52,893 bases of DNA, filler included, from Bipalium vagum (GCA_037834085.1; 3 parts of 3 records of this genome joined end to end with filler, not necessarily neighbours in it); one strand, 5' to 3'; shown: positions 26,733 to 40,285, counted from the first letter of the whole stretch. Notes: generated by a model from the letters alone, not told the origin. A program made the numbers and translations.

Positions 26733-29329
26733 ATTTGTTAATAAAATTTTATACATGGATATTTCATATCAAACTGTAAATAAAAATTGGTAACTAATCA
26801 ATATTATGAATTAAACATTATATTAGCCCCCTTAATACATTAAAATTAAAAAATATTTGATGAATAATAACAAAATGAATAATTATTATACATTTTTGAA
26901 TATCATTTTGTCAAAGATCACATATCATGTTATAAATAATATATATTCATGTTAATATTTTTTTTTGACATTATAAACAATTCAAATAAAAATTTTTAAT
27001 ACATAATTTAATTTTTTTTAGAGCTCATTATTTTTTTTATACTTTTTTACGCAGTTGACTTTATGTAAATATTTGGAACTCCTAAAGCTCTTCATAAATC
27101 ATTCATGAAAGATTAAAACGAAATAAAATGAACAAAAACTTAATATGGTAGAACTAAGGAGAACATAATACGATTTGAGCTATAGGTTTATAATTTGTCA
27201 TGTATGGAAATGAAAGCAGGCAGAACCAGATTTAACAGGTCCAAGTAAAGAATTATAAAACTTAAAACTATTATTATTATTTTGCCTTGCTTGGAGTACA
27301 TTTTGATTTGATTTGGTTTTTGTCGAAAATGAAAAGTTAGGTCATTTTGTACATGTTGAGGAACTTGACCACAGTTCTGAAGGCTGTTTTGAGAGGAGAT
27401 TTTGCCTAACCAACAACTTTACTTAAGCGAAAATTACTTTATAAATTCAATTAATATGGCCTAAAGAATAGATCAATGTAGAACCAACAAGTAAGATGTT
27501 ATGATGGGTTTTGATTCATAACCTTGCTTATGGCATAAGATGGTAAAACCCATCTAATAAATTAAAGATTTTAAAGTAGAAGAATCTTCGCAAATTTTTT
27601 TACCATATTTGATTATTCAAAAAATAATATCGTTTTTTGTCATAGTCATTTATTACACATTATTTCATTAATATTTTTGTTTTAAAGAGCTTATTATATA
27701 AATATCATTTTAAGGCGCACAGTTCAATCTGCATTTTTGTAAATTTAAAATTTAAATTTATCTTAAAATAATTTGTTTACTAATTATAGAACTTATTATA
27801 CAAACGAAGCAATTACGCCTAATTGACTTTAACGATTTTAAGTGATACAATTGAGTTTATTTGGATTTACCTGCACTCTCCTTAGCGACTATTCTGAATT
27901 ATTAACTAAATTTTTCCACAGAAAGGTAAATGATTGTCCAAAATACATTAAATTTATTTAAATTTCGGAAATATTGGTGAAGTATGTGGACACAATGTTA
28001 CATGTAAACGTCATGTGTACACCTCTTCAAATAAGATATTCTGAAATCTTCAGACCACAGAATTATATAAAACATTTTAAATACATTTTTAAATTAACAC
28101 TTCCTTTTTACTAAATATTTAATCTAAAATTATTATTTTATTAATTTATTATTTTTAATAATATGATTTTAATTTTAACCCTCTTGGTTTTATTTTTATT
28201 ATTATTATTCTAATTAAAAGACTCCTATTTTTCTATTTTGCTGAAATAATTTGATTATGTTTTCTCTCTTATTCCTTCGTTTTATTAAAGTAATACTTTT
28301 TCATCATTAACTTGTTTTCAATTTACTTTTCAATTATTTCTTTTTATTTAAATCTTTATTTAAAAATTTCTTTAAGATTTGATAATCTTTTATTCTTTTA
28401 ATATTATTATTTATTACTAATAATTTTTTATACGGAATTAATACTTTAACATTGACTAACCTCAGGGTTTAGAGAAATAAAGAATTTTATAAATTGTTGT
28501 TAATCGAAAAATGTGAAGAAAAACTGATTTTATAAATATTTTAAAATTCCTGAGTAAAAAACATGTCTAATAAAAGAAAAAAATGTTTATATTTTTAATA
28601 AAAGAAAATATTTAAACTATTTTTAAAGTTAAGTGAAGAAAATTAGCTTTTCATGACATATTATTATTAAAGACAACGAAAATGAACAATGTGAAATAAA
28701 TTAGGTTCGACACAGATATTGTCTAAAAAGAATGTTAACTAATTTTTCTTAAGAAAGATAAAAAATAGAAAATGATATGTAGCATTCTTAGTTGAGACGA
28801 TTAATTAGAAGAAATCACAAATATAACAACAGAAAAAGAAAAACGATGGAAAAAATCAGAAAACGAGGAATCAAAAAATTATTTGAGTTATTATTAACAG
28901 AAAATCTCAACTATAATAGTAATAATAAAAAAATGTTGTTAATAATAAAAATATTATTATTATTATTATCATTATTAATAATAATAATAAATAATGTAAT
29001 AATATTGCAAAGTCAGGCTATCATTTGCATCGACCACTGCAAAACCACCATAATGGTGTGAAAAAAGGAATGTTCGAAGCACCAATCTCAATTTAAACTT
29101 ATACAGTGACAGAACACAAAGTTTACCAAAAAAGGACAAGACATTGACCAAAATTTCCATATGTACTTTAATAAAGTTTTGGAATTGCTTTCATATTTTT
29201 ATTACTGCCAAAATAGACAGGCCTCTATAAACCACCTAATATTTAAACAAATAATCAAACATTTTTATTTTAAATGTATAGCAAAAGATTTTAATAATTA
29301 TGTACAAATAGTAATTTATTTGGTTATCA

Positions 29330-30150
29330 AGTGCATAGCAAAAAACTTTTACAATCATCTACGTGTATATTCTGAAAGTGTGCAGATAGAAGTTCGATTC
29401 CTTCCTTGAAGAACTTTTGGTTCTTTTCGGCAAAATACCTGGAGATACCATTTTTGGTCACATATTTGTTACTGAAAACACTTTCCTTCAAAAATTTTTT
29501 AGGAGTTCCCAGCAAAACTTGTTTATCTAACTTTTGATTGTTTTAGATTGATGGGGTTCTGCATTATCTTGTTGCAAAATAACGCCTTTTCTTTTGACGT
29601 CGAACTTGTCACACAGTCGATCTAATGGGCTACAGTAGACATCATTGATAATCCAAAAGCTCCAAATATATTATAACTTTCATATCCCACCAAATAGAGA
29701 GAACTTTTTTTCGGATAAATACACGGCTTAGGTACTGTAATTTGTTGTTGACCAACAATTATCTTTTTCACATTAAAATGCTATAAGAAATCGATCTAAA
29801 TTGTAACTCTATTTAAAAGTTGCTGTTCACTTAATGAGTGTAGAACCCATTTATCGCACAAAAAGTTTATCACATTTTAGTCAAATTTTGATAGATATTT
29901 GTTTTGAAAATATGCTTGTGTTTGACAAATTCCAACGTGCTTCGACTGATATCTTCTAAAACAAGTGATTTTAGATCATCCTTTTTTGTTAAGCTTGATT
30001 TGTTCTGAAAATCGTAATCTTTTTGCTAAACTTTTTGAACCATGTTTCAAATTTATTTAGACATGGATGGTCAACCCGTACCATACATAATCTGCGACAG
30101 TACTGTCTTGCGTTTAGTTTGCATTTAAAATCATATAGTAGGCATATTGT
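29330..30150 (-). mobile_element. Decayed mariner transposon
   Basis: Minus strand KWVLHSL, KKVLSIWWDMKVIIYLELL, LLQQDNAEPHQSK and ISRYFAEKNQKFFKEGIELL. Confidence 0.8.
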
Positions 30151-31649
30151 AATTGTTTCTGTAAGGCCAATCAGTAAAAATAATAATTAATTACATTTAT
30201 ATAACAAAATAAATAATTATGAAGAATTTAAATCCATTACACATAATTTTAAATGATTGGCATATAAATAAATCAAATAGATGTAGAAAAACAACATTAA
30301 ATAACAGTCAATGAAAAGCCTAAAATAATACATCAAATACTTTAAATAAATTAACTTGAAAGCCAAAATTAAAGCAAACAAGGTAAAGATAATATATTTG
30401 AAATATAAATTTTGTAATGTAAACAATAATATAAATAATATTATTAATATAAATAATATTATAATATAAAAAAATAATTTATGAAAATCTATAAAAACGA
30501 TAACGATTTGCTTTAATTTTCTGAATATAACAATTATAAGATGAAAAATCTTTGAGAACTTTTTGAATTTCCTTTTTTGGTCGACTGAATATGATAGATT
30601 TTATAAAGTTCTTTCAGAATCAGAAATAATGCGCCTCTTTTATTTTATTAAATAAGGTCTGGAACAAATAATTTACTTCCTGGCCGAAAAAGGTAATGTA
30701 TTATCAGATTGAAAATATTGAGACTTGAATGAGATTAGTTATCTAGATATAAATATAATATAATTATATAATATAAATAAAGTTTGTTATCAATTTGATT
30801 TTATAAGCACCAGTATTGAAAGTTTTTATCAAAAATTTGAATCCATTTTCTGAAAGATTATTGTGCAATATAGGGGCTACCCTGATTAATCTTCAAATAA
30901 AAAGAGAATAACAATATAAAAAATTTTCATTATTTAAAACAAATATTTAAAATTATTCACATATTATTAATTATCGAGCACTCTTTCAATGGGAATTCCC
31001 TCATCTTTCAGATAGTACACTCATTGGAATGATGTTTTTTATTTCAAAATGAATGGTTTTATTCTACCCATTAAACAACAATACAAATAGCATTTCTTTT
31101 TATAAAACTGAATTTGGTTCAAAATGGGAGCACCAATGAACTAGTTTCCTCAATTTTCACTTTGTGAAATTTCGTAACAAATGATGTCTACTTGAAAGTT
31201 ACAGTTGGAGAATGTTTTAATAGTAAACCAATGACTGTTATTAACTATTCCGTCGTTGGAAATATGTGCTCCAGCATAATGATGATTACATTAACCATTA
31301 CAATTTACATTTTACTTTCTACACAGTACTTTCTATGTACTACTTCATTGTATTTTGAAATCAATAAAAATTGTGTAATTACTTTGTTTCTAATTTAATA
31401 AGTAATGATCGACATTTTCCCCCTGTAATTCTGGATTTTCACTTTTTATTATCCTTCACTGATAATTATTCATCTGAATGTTTTGTACCAGTGTACTCTT
31501 CACTAAGTATTTTCAGTCCAAACTTGATCAGAAACCATAAAGCCAAAAGCCCAGTTTTCTTCTTTTCTTGAATTTTACAAACTTTTTAAAATATTTCTCG
31601 TGGTCTTTAACTCTCTCTCTTTCTCTCTACATTTTTATTATTTTTATGA

Positions 31650-32270
31650 TGATACGATCCAGACATAAATTAAATTTCATTGAACTCTATTTCAAACATC
31701 CCTTCAATTCTGCTGATTAGAATTCTTTCTAACTTTCATGTGTATCTCCTCCTGCCTACCAAATACTGATATTCACTTCTCTTTCAAAACTTTAAAGATT
31801 GTTGACATAATTGGTTTTTATTTCCAGTTATCAAGCTATCAATGAAAGGTTTAAGTTGATCCCTCAAATATTGTTAGAAGAACGTAATTGCCCATACAAT
31901 AACGTTCATTAAGATTATAAGAAATCTATTCTGAATGTTATCTAAGAAGCTTGGTGTAATTTTAAACGACTGGAGAATACCTCCAAATTTCAGCAATTTT
32001 CCTTGTCGTTTATAAACCATTATATACCGACAATCCAGAAAACATCTTCATCAACGAATGTAAGGTTCTCTGACTGTGGGCATTGTTAGACTATAGATAT
32101 CCTGCATCCGATCCATTGACAACATAAATGTTTAATTTCTGAAATTGCCTTAGTGCTTTTTGTGATTCGTTAACCTTATTTTATCTCATACCTTTCGCCA
32201 CACTTTTAAATTGGAAAAATAGACAAAAATTAGACATGAATATGTGACATGTCGCTTGATTGAAGCACAA
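31650..32270 (-). mobile_element. Highly decayed Tc1/mariner-superfamily fragment
   Basis: Remnants such as ENLTFVDEDVF (first catalytic D region) near 32040-32070. Confidence 0.35.
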
Positions 32271-32389
32271 TTTATTTTTATTTAAACAAAGCAAATATTT
32301 TGATTATGATAACATGAAAATGAAAAATCATTCAAATCGTAATGTACTTAAAATACTTTTAGAATGTTAAGCTAGAAATGCTCATTTTC

Positions 32390-32920
32390 AAGATTAAGTT
32401 GGTGTGGAATCCATTTATCGCTTCTGTTTATTTTACCAATTGAGTGTAAAAGATTTATTATTCCCAAGTGACTGTATTTGGACTTCTCAGCAAGTTCTTG
32501 AATAGTTTATCGAGGACCTGTCTCAATAACTGTCTCATTTAATTCATCATCATCTACCGTCTGATGATGTCATCCATGTCGATCATCTTTCAGATCAACT
32601 TTCCATGTTTAAGTTCATCTCATTCTTTGGCTTTTATTAATAAAAATACCACCAAGAACATCGTAAATTGTTCGGCATGATTCTGCGGTAATCTTTCCTT
32701 GCATAAAATCATATCATATAAAAATGCGAATTTTGTATTCTTGATCACTTATAAATTTATTTTCAACTAAAATATTTTGAAATGAAAGGTATTTCTAATA
32801 AAATATTATGAATGAGACAAATATACATAAAAATTTCAAAGCGCGGTTTTTTTGGTGATTTTGGCAATAATAAATGTTATTCATTAAAACGCGCATTTCA
32901 AACTTGACAACCAAGCATAT
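32390..32920 (-). mobile_element. Mariner 5' fragment with TIR
   Basis: Minus strand EYKIRIFI*YDFMQGKITAESCRTIYDVLG and KWIPHQL. TIR-like AAAACGCGCATTTCAAACTTGACAACCAAGCATA at about 32886-32919. Confidence 0.7.
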
Positions 32921-34649
32921 TATTCACTTTACTCATTAAAATTATTTCGTTATTTACTTAAAGAATTGTCGCATTCTGTAGCTCCACCCTGTTGGTCTAC
33001 TTCATCTAAACACACTCTTGCCGAATGAAAATAAATTTCTTCCTTAAATAATACAATTTTATGAAAATAAAGACAATGTAATTTTGAAAAATATTTATCT
33101 GATAAATAAATAAATTTATTCCCGATATAACCTATTTTTTTATCACGTTTCCTCATTAGATCGAAATCCAAAATGGACTTCATTAAAAAAGAATAAACAA
33201 AATAAAAGATACAATTTTTAAGACAGTAAAGTTAACTGGATAATGCATTATAAAGAGTTTAATTTTTGCATCTGTACGAGAAAATAATATATTGATTATT
33301 ACTTATTCTGTGAGTTTTGGAAATATTACGATTGAGTTCTTCTTAAATTTAATATTAGTAAAAACTGAAAATTTCCTGTTTGTTTTAATGAATAGTGATA
33401 GATTCTATTACCGTAATAAGTATTATTTTATGATGCAAGAATACAAGATCCTTTTGGTTTTAAAAATTGAAATAAAAGATAAAATCTTTGAGAGTTATTT
33501 ATTGTTATTATTTTTATAAAGGAGGATCCATTATAATACAAGAAAATAAAGTTTTAATATTTTATTTTAATATTCTGTAATTAATTTTTTTTAATTAATA
33601 AAGTAATAAAAAATAAATAAAAAATATATAATCTTTATTTAATTATTTAATTTAATTTTAATATTTAATTTAATTATTTTATTTTATTTTATTTTTTATT
33701 ATTTAATTATATAATTTTATTATTTAATTTTTTAAATATATTTTTTTTCCAATCATTAATTTTGTAAGTAATAAAATAATTAAAAAAAAATAATAAAAAG
33801 GATTTAATTAATTTAACTATTTTATTTTATTTTAGTATTTTATTTAATTATTTATTTTATTTTATTAAATAATTTTATTATTTTTATCTAATTTATTTAA
33901 TATATACTTATTTTTATTATTTCAATCATTGATTTTGTAATTAATAAAATAATAAAAAGCTCCAATTATATTTAAAAATAAAAATTGTCAATAAAAACAA
34001 AGTTAATATCATTAAAACAACTTCGGTAATTTTATTTTCTATTTAAAAAATTAAACATTTTTTTTAATATAACATAAATATGATTGTTTTTTGTCAATTT
34101 TATGAAAACAACATTTGCACAAATAAAACTGTTTTAAGAGATACTTTCATGAAAATTTTTATAAACAAAGCGTTTAAAACAAAAAAATCAATTATTTTTC
34201 CTCGGTAATTCAATGATACTTTGAAATTGTTTTCAAATTTAAAAGAATCATTAAATAAACACAAATAAAAATAAATTATTTCAATAAATTGGATTTATTT
34301 GTCAAGGATTTTTTTCTCTTTTCCGTCGAAAAAATCCCGGTTTATCAACATTTGATTAACGAATTCTTCGTCATATCATTTTCTCTTTTCGATTAGAGTA
34401 AGGCATTTTTCTCTTTCTCTTTCTCTTTCTCTCTTTCACTCTCCAACTTTGCCTTGGTTTTACATTTCTTTGAAATAAATCTAATCCAGAAAAGTATCGT
34501 TTGTGTTATCCATCTAATTACAAGTTCCTTCTTTTCATGAGCTTCTTTTAATAAACATGAACACCGCTAGGACTATTTTTAATTAATATTTGCTTTCAGG
34601 ATAAAAAAGGAAGAAAAATAAAAACGAAAAAGCCAAAAACCTTTTTGTT

Positions 34650-35640
34650 AAAATTTTTTTATTAATTGAAAATGGTTCTTCAAGAGAGGACCAGTAAATG
34701 TTGAGTGTTTGTATAAAAATGATTTTAATTTCAGATTTGAATAATTTGTTCTTTAAATCTCCCAATAAATTAAAGTCAGTCTGTGTTAAATCACGTGAGG
34801 ATGAAGCCTTTTGAATTGAACCACCTCTTCTGATCCATCTCGTCAGAAATTGATACTGTTAAGATACTGTCGCAGATTCTATGGAAAATGTACAGGAGCT
34901 CCATCTTTCTGATATTTTAGAGACCGTACTTTGCAATTTTCTTACTTGAAAAATATTCTTGAAGCATTGATAGATAATTATGGCCGTTAGCAGTCTCGTC
35001 ATCAAAGAAATAATGACCGAAAATTTGACTTTTTGACAGAGCACACTAAACATTGACTTTCGGATATTGCATGAGAATTTTAAAATTAACATGTGAGTAG
35101 TTTCTGAGCCATATCTGACGTTATGTTTATTTATCAAGCTTTTAGATGAAATGTTCCTTGATCTGATAAGAAAATATTTTCTTGAAAATCAGAATTTTCT
35201 AACATCGGGATCAGAGTTTTACTTATCTCAACTCTGTCTCGCAGATCATTTTCATATAATTCTTGTGTGAAATGCACTTTATAAGGTTTCAATGACAACT
35301 GCCTTGTTATAATTCGATGAGTGCTTCACATCTTGGAGCAGGTTGTTGCAACAGATCGTAAACTGAATGTGGCTTATTTTGAATAATTGTGCAACTTTTT
35401 TAGCTTTATTTTCAGTGATCACCCTATGTTTTCCTGAACGTTTTTTATATTCTAATGACCAAGTTACACAAAAATAATGAAAGGTCTTTCTTATACTGCT
35501 TTTACTTGTGGAATTTTTCCCAAATCTAGCATTTAATTTCCTCTTTCCTAAACAAATTGATTTGAATTTGATCATTAATAATTCAACTTTTATTCTGAAG
35601 TACATAAGAACCGCCACTTTCTATATATGATATTAAAACA
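34650..35640 (-). mobile_element. Near full-length decayed Tc1/mariner-superfamily (rosa/DD41D-like) transposase
   Basis: Minus strand KKRSGKHR, FLI(S)DQGTFHL..INKHNVRYGSETTH, KDGAPVHF and RWIRRGGSIQKASSSRDLTQTDFNLLGDLKNKLF (cf. RWIGRGG..WPPRSPDLTPLDFFLWGYLK). Confidence 0.8.
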
Positions 35641-35826
35641 AAACTTAACCTCTTATACTTTAATATATTATGCAAATAGAAATTTAAATGGATTGAATTC
35701 AAACACTCCATAATTTCTTATGTTATATGTGAAAATAAAAAAATTAAAATTAATTATCCAATAAAAATTCGTTATCCAAAAGATAGGATAAAGTAAGACC
35801 GGAATCTGATCTATATAAACAACTTT

Positions 35827-35850
35827 TATTATTATTATTATTATTATTAC

Positions 35851-35897
<47 letters not shown>
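35827..35897. repeat. (ATT)n microsatellite
   Basis: TAT/ATT run at the contig end. Confidence 0.95.
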
Positions 35898-35898
<1 letters not shown>

Positions 35899-35900
35899 AT

Positions 35901-36000
35901 NNNNNNNNNNNNNNNNNNNNNNNNNNNNNNNNNNNNNNNNNNNNTTAATTAATTAANNNNNNNNNNNNNNNNNNNNNNNNNNNNNNNNNNNNNNNNNNNN
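35901..36000. other. Artificial assembly linker / gap
   Basis: N44-TTAATTAATTAA-N44, 100 nt. Confidence 0.95.
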
Positions 36001-36025
36001 TTTATTTTTCAATTATTTTATAACC

Positions 36026-36031
36026 TTTATT
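36026..36031 (-). promoter_or_regulatory. Candidate polyadenylation signal of the SEA-TM gene
   Basis: AATAAA on minus, 2 nt after the TGA stop. AATAAA is common by chance in this AT-rich DNA. Confidence 0.3.
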
Positions 36032-36033
36032 TA

Positions 36034-36216
36034 TCAGGCCATGTGAATGGAGTTTCTATTGTAAATGGTGCGCTGATCATCTTTAGATATGTTGTAATAT
36101 TCCATCTCAAGATCATCATCTCCTGTACTGTGCGAATTTGTGGATTGCCTTGTTTGAGCCGCTGATCGTGTGGAACAAGCATTTGGATAAAACCGTCTTT
36201 GAAACAACACCATAGC
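36034..36216 (-). CDS. SEA-domain type I membrane protein, terminal exon (end of TM + cytoplasmic tail)
   Basis: Acceptor ttaatttAG, phase 0. AMVLFQRRFYPNACSTRSAAQTRQSTNSHSTGDDDLEMEYYNISKDDQRTIYNRNSIHMA* completes the TM helix of exon 37344-37402, followed by basic QRR. Confidence 0.8.
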   Translation of the reverse strand, partial: AMVLFQRRFYPNACSTRSAAQTRQSTNSHSTGDDDLEMEYYNISKDDQRTIYNRNSIHMA

Positions 36217-36914
36217 CTAAATTAATAAAGAAACAAAATTAGTTTATCTTTCACATTTCAAGAAATTGAAAATAATGAAATTTTATCCCTAACTTAAAAG
36301 AAGTAGTTCAAATATTTGTTTTAATCGTCTAACGGTTTTATTATCATTTATGAAGTGTTTTTAATTTTCATGTCAAATATTATTGTCTTTTCGAAAATTA
36401 AAAATATTTTTTAATAATAAATGTAAATATTTTCACATAATTACTATTGATTTTTACAGTAACAATATTAAACAATAGAAAATGACACCCTATAGAAATA
36501 TGAGTCTCCACATCAGTAGTAATCTTTTGATCTTTGTAAAAACAAAATACACTTTGTATAGGTTAATGTTTATCAAAGGTTATTTTCTTAAAATAAAATT
36601 TCTTTTAATTGAATGCAGATTAAGATAATTGAAATGATAATAATAATAATTATTATTATTATTATTTCTGGTACAATTTCATGTCCAATCTGCTGAAATC
36701 CATCCAGGGTATATATTTAATTATTAATTAATATTTTCTAACAATTCATAAATGTATAAGCCGATTTTATCAGGCCATATGTCATTCATTAAAAATTTTG
36801 GGATCTTTAAGTAATTAAGTAAAATTTAATATTAAATTACATTGGTACATTAAAACAAAATGTTCGAATTTTTTTAAAAATGAATTATATCAAATAATTA
36901 ATAGATTTTCTTAA

Positions 36915-37293
36915 CCCTTTGGCAACCGCACCTTTTTTGAAAATTAAAATTTATTTATTAAATTTCTTACACATATTTAGTGTCTTTTCTTATGTTATGT
37001 GATGAGCAAACAACACACCTTCTTTGTGGTTTTCTTGCGTGATTAGTTAGAGGAATCTATTTTATCTCTTGAAGAATATTCAGATGTTTAATCAGCCATT
37101 ATAAATTTTTTTTAATAAATTCAATTTATGATCGATTTTTTTCGCGCTTTTATTAAAATTATGCTTTAAATTTTCATTGAGGTGACATCCATTTTGTATT
37201 AAAAACTCATTTTAATAAAAACGGATATACACTGACGTGGTATTTAACAGTAAAGCTCAAAACGTATATATATATACTGAGGGTCCAAAAGGG
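36915..37293 (-). mobile_element. piggyBac-derived non-autonomous element (MITE)
   Basis: TTAA|CCCTTTGG ... CCAAAAGGG|TTAA, with TTAA TSDs at 36911-36914 and 37294-37297. Internal minus-strand KPQRRCVVCSSHNIRKDTKY matches the piggyBac C-terminal Cys-rich domain. Confidence 0.85.
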
Positions 37294-37343
37294 TTAAATT
37301 CTTAAAATGTTAATATTTTAAATAAAACAAGTATAATACTTAC

Positions 37344-37402
37344 TATAATCATAATAGTGATAGAAACCAATATAGCTACTGAAAGCCCAATAATCCAGCT
37401 AA
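37344..37402 (-). CDS. SEA-domain type I membrane protein, transmembrane exon
   Basis: Acceptor aattttAG, donor GTAAGT; 59 nt, phase 1 to 0. Translation (L)SWIIGLSVAILVSITIMII. Confidence 0.85.
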
Positions 37403-38630
37403 CTAAAATTTTTATAAAAACAGCTTAATGACCATCATATTTATTATATTAAAATATCATTTCATTAAACAATAAATATTTATTATTTATGTACCAAGTG
37501 TTATATTATTTTATTAAAGTTAAAACTTGTGATACATTAGGGGTGTAAATTTAAACACTGATTTGATCAAACGCCAATTGAAAAGTCTAATGGATCGTTT
37601 GTTTTCTTTCGAAAAATTCATTTTATAATAAAAAATCTAAAATGATAATAATTCTAAAAATCCACTATAAAAATAGTAAGAATTAATATTTTAAAATAAA
37701 AGTTTCAGCATTTTTAAATAACATGAACATCGTTGCCAGAATAATATCTCTTCAAAATTTTCTAAACGATTTTTTGTATTGGCTTACAGAGAGTCTTTCA
37801 TAAGAAGAGATTTTCAGAATCTTTCGTAATGCCTCTTCAGCTTTGGTCACGCTCATACAACAAACAGTGCCTGGATGTGAGTATTTGAAATACATTTTAT
37901 CATTAGAGTCTCAATAAGAAATATCAAATTATTATCTAAATTTAAATGTGATAGGTAAATTGTATTATTCAAAAAATATATAACATAGATGTTAACAAAG
38001 AATTTCAAATAGATTTAAATTGATTTTATAAAAATTAAGGTTTTAAGTTTTACAATAAAAAGGGCTCACAATTAAATTAGATCCCTCATATTATTATTAT
38101 TATTAAATTATGATAAATATGACAATAATTTAAATTTGATTAAATGAACTAAAGAGAACATGGACATTTTGAAATGACGTTTCTTCATTATAATAATTTT
38201 TATAGTTTAATTATATTAATTACATTGTATTATACAATAATACATATTTTTTCTTTTTAATTGTCCAGATAAATAATCTAAGCATTTAATGCAGTGACCG
38301 GAAAATTAATTACTTGACCGCTACAACCAAAATAACCAATTATCTTTTAATATAGAATTTTGAAATATTATTTATTTATATTTATTATTAATGAATTAAG
38401 ATTTTAAAAAATGGAAGTATTCATTATTCCTTTAGATTGTATTTCAGTAAAAATACTGTTAAATAAGAATTTTCAAATTGAATTTTATATATTATTGTTT
38501 CACTCCACATTTTCATATTTCTTAAATTCTTTTGTCCGAAAAAATTCTTAAAAGATATTTCCATATATTTCCTAATAAATTCTTCAAAGATAATCTGAAA
38601 TGATTGTAATAACGTAATTTCTATTCATAT

Positions 38631-38864
38631 TATTGGGTTGTTCGAAAAGTCACTTCGCATTTTTTTTAGTAAAAAGTAAGACCAAAAGTTTATTAGTAAT
38701 AAATATTTTAATCAATGATGTTTTAATCAGTCTTTTTTGTTCCAAGAACTTCTGTCATCTACCAGACAATTTGAATATCACAACCTTCAAATGACTTAAG
38801 TGCTTTAAATTATGATTTAAAGATAAATATAAAAAAGTGAAGTGACTTTCAAAACAACCCAATA
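38631..38864 (-). mobile_element. Mariner-derived MITE with TIRs
   Basis: TATTGGGTTGTTCGAAAAGTCACTTCGCATTTTTT and AAAAAAGTGAAGTGACTTTCAAAACAACCCAATA form an inverted pair. Internal C-terminal remnant IFKLSGR*QKFLEQK. Confidence 0.85.
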
Positions 38865-39161
38865 CAAAATTTTTTTATATAATGTATTATCATAAAAATA
38901 AAACATGATATTTTAAGTTACTCAAAATGAAATTATTGATTCCAAACTAAATGCCGTTAAAAAGCCAGGTTGCATATTGTATCTATTGCTACTATTTTCC
39001 TCTATCGAAATAAGTAACTTTTACCTCAAACTTACCTAACTCCTCACTTTGTTGCTAATGTGTTCGTTAAATCAAAACTACCACGAAAATTTTCAAACTC
39101 TATGAGCGCCATTGTAAAATCCTGCTGCATCATCTTTGTGAGATAAATTGAAAGTTAGTCG

Positions 39162-39229
39162 GGGGATGTAGCTCAGCGGTCACAGCAGTGCATATGTGAA
39201 GGTCCCGGGTTCGAATCCCGGTATCTCCG
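39162..39229 (+). pseudogene. tRNA-Ala-derived pseudogene or SINE head
   Basis: GGGGATGTAGCTCAGCGGT...GCATATGTGAAGGTCCCGGGTTCGAATCCCGGTATCTCC. Acceptor stem has G3:U70, T-arm/B box is intact and an A box is present, but the 3' D-stem strand (AGAGC) is missing and the anticodon arm is disrupted. Confidence 0.75.
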
Positions 39230-40250
39230 ATTAATTTTCACTAACAATCTTCATAGAAATAAGAAGTACTGGAATTGTACTGGATCGTCTCTGATTCAAT
39301 TAATATCTTCAGAAATATCATCGAATAAATTTTTGAATAATCTTGTACGTATTTGTTTAGTTTTTTTGGGCGAATTTCTGACAGATTTTTTCGCCTATAG
39401 CAGTAGAAATTGACCGACGACCACCATTTTCTACTTTTGGAAGGCTTTTCCTCTAATAGCCCATTAATTCAAAGATTTATTTTTTATCTCGACTGCAAGA
39501 TAAAGTTATTTTAGTATTATAAACTTATATTATTATTAAAAATTTATTACTATCTCAACAACGAGAGGATATTATAATAATTTACCATTAATATTAATTA
39601 ATTAATTATTATTATTATTATAAAAGACCCCTGATGGTCTTCAGGTCTACAGTTTCGTACATTTAGCGAACCCGACAATGTTCCTAAAATCAAACATGAT
39701 ATCATAAATATTAACAAGAATTAATAGTTAAAATCTTTATTGATCAAATTTTTGTTTAAATAATATATCAATTTAAAAATGTTGATATTCCATAACAATC
39801 AAAATTTACTGAAATTCATTGTGGATCATTATATTTTCATGAAAACTGTAGTTGAAGCATAAATTGTATGAATTCATAATAAAAATCATCTTTGACGACG
39901 ACATTCAACAGTTGGTTTTGTCGATTTTGAAAAGTAATTATTAATATAATACCAAGGAGAAAACCAACATAAGAAATTGAAGATAAGAATTTGGAAATTT
40001 AAAAAATGATCTAAACAGGCTGCTGCATTAAAAGTGATCAACAATGTACCTTGCAGCCCCTGATAATAAGGTAGGATTCAAAGGAAAATAATAAAACCTT
40101 AAATCTTAAGTCATTTTATAATAATAATCTTAATAACAAAAATATCATGTTATTAAAAGTATTGTTCTTTTTTATGTAACATTATACTCCCTTTTATATT
40201 TATATTGTAATTGAAATCTCTTTGATTATATAAAAATATAATATAATATA

Positions 40251-40254
<4 letters not shown>

Positions 40255-40283
<29 letters not shown>
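40255..40283. repeat. (AAT)n microsatellite
   Basis: AAT run. Confidence 0.85.

Positions 40284-40285
<2 letters not shown>

Noticed and set aside
27503-27554. 10-bp inverted repeat GATGGGTTTT/AAAACCCATC
   Set aside because: Short and isolated; no supporting RNA or TE context.
28792-29061. 89-aa basic/hydrophobic ORF
   Set aside because: Low-complexity AT and (AAT)n-derived sequence with a non-ATG start.
33540-33960. Extremely AT-rich stretch with partial internal repeats
   Set aside because: Low-complexity sequence with no defined unit or structure.
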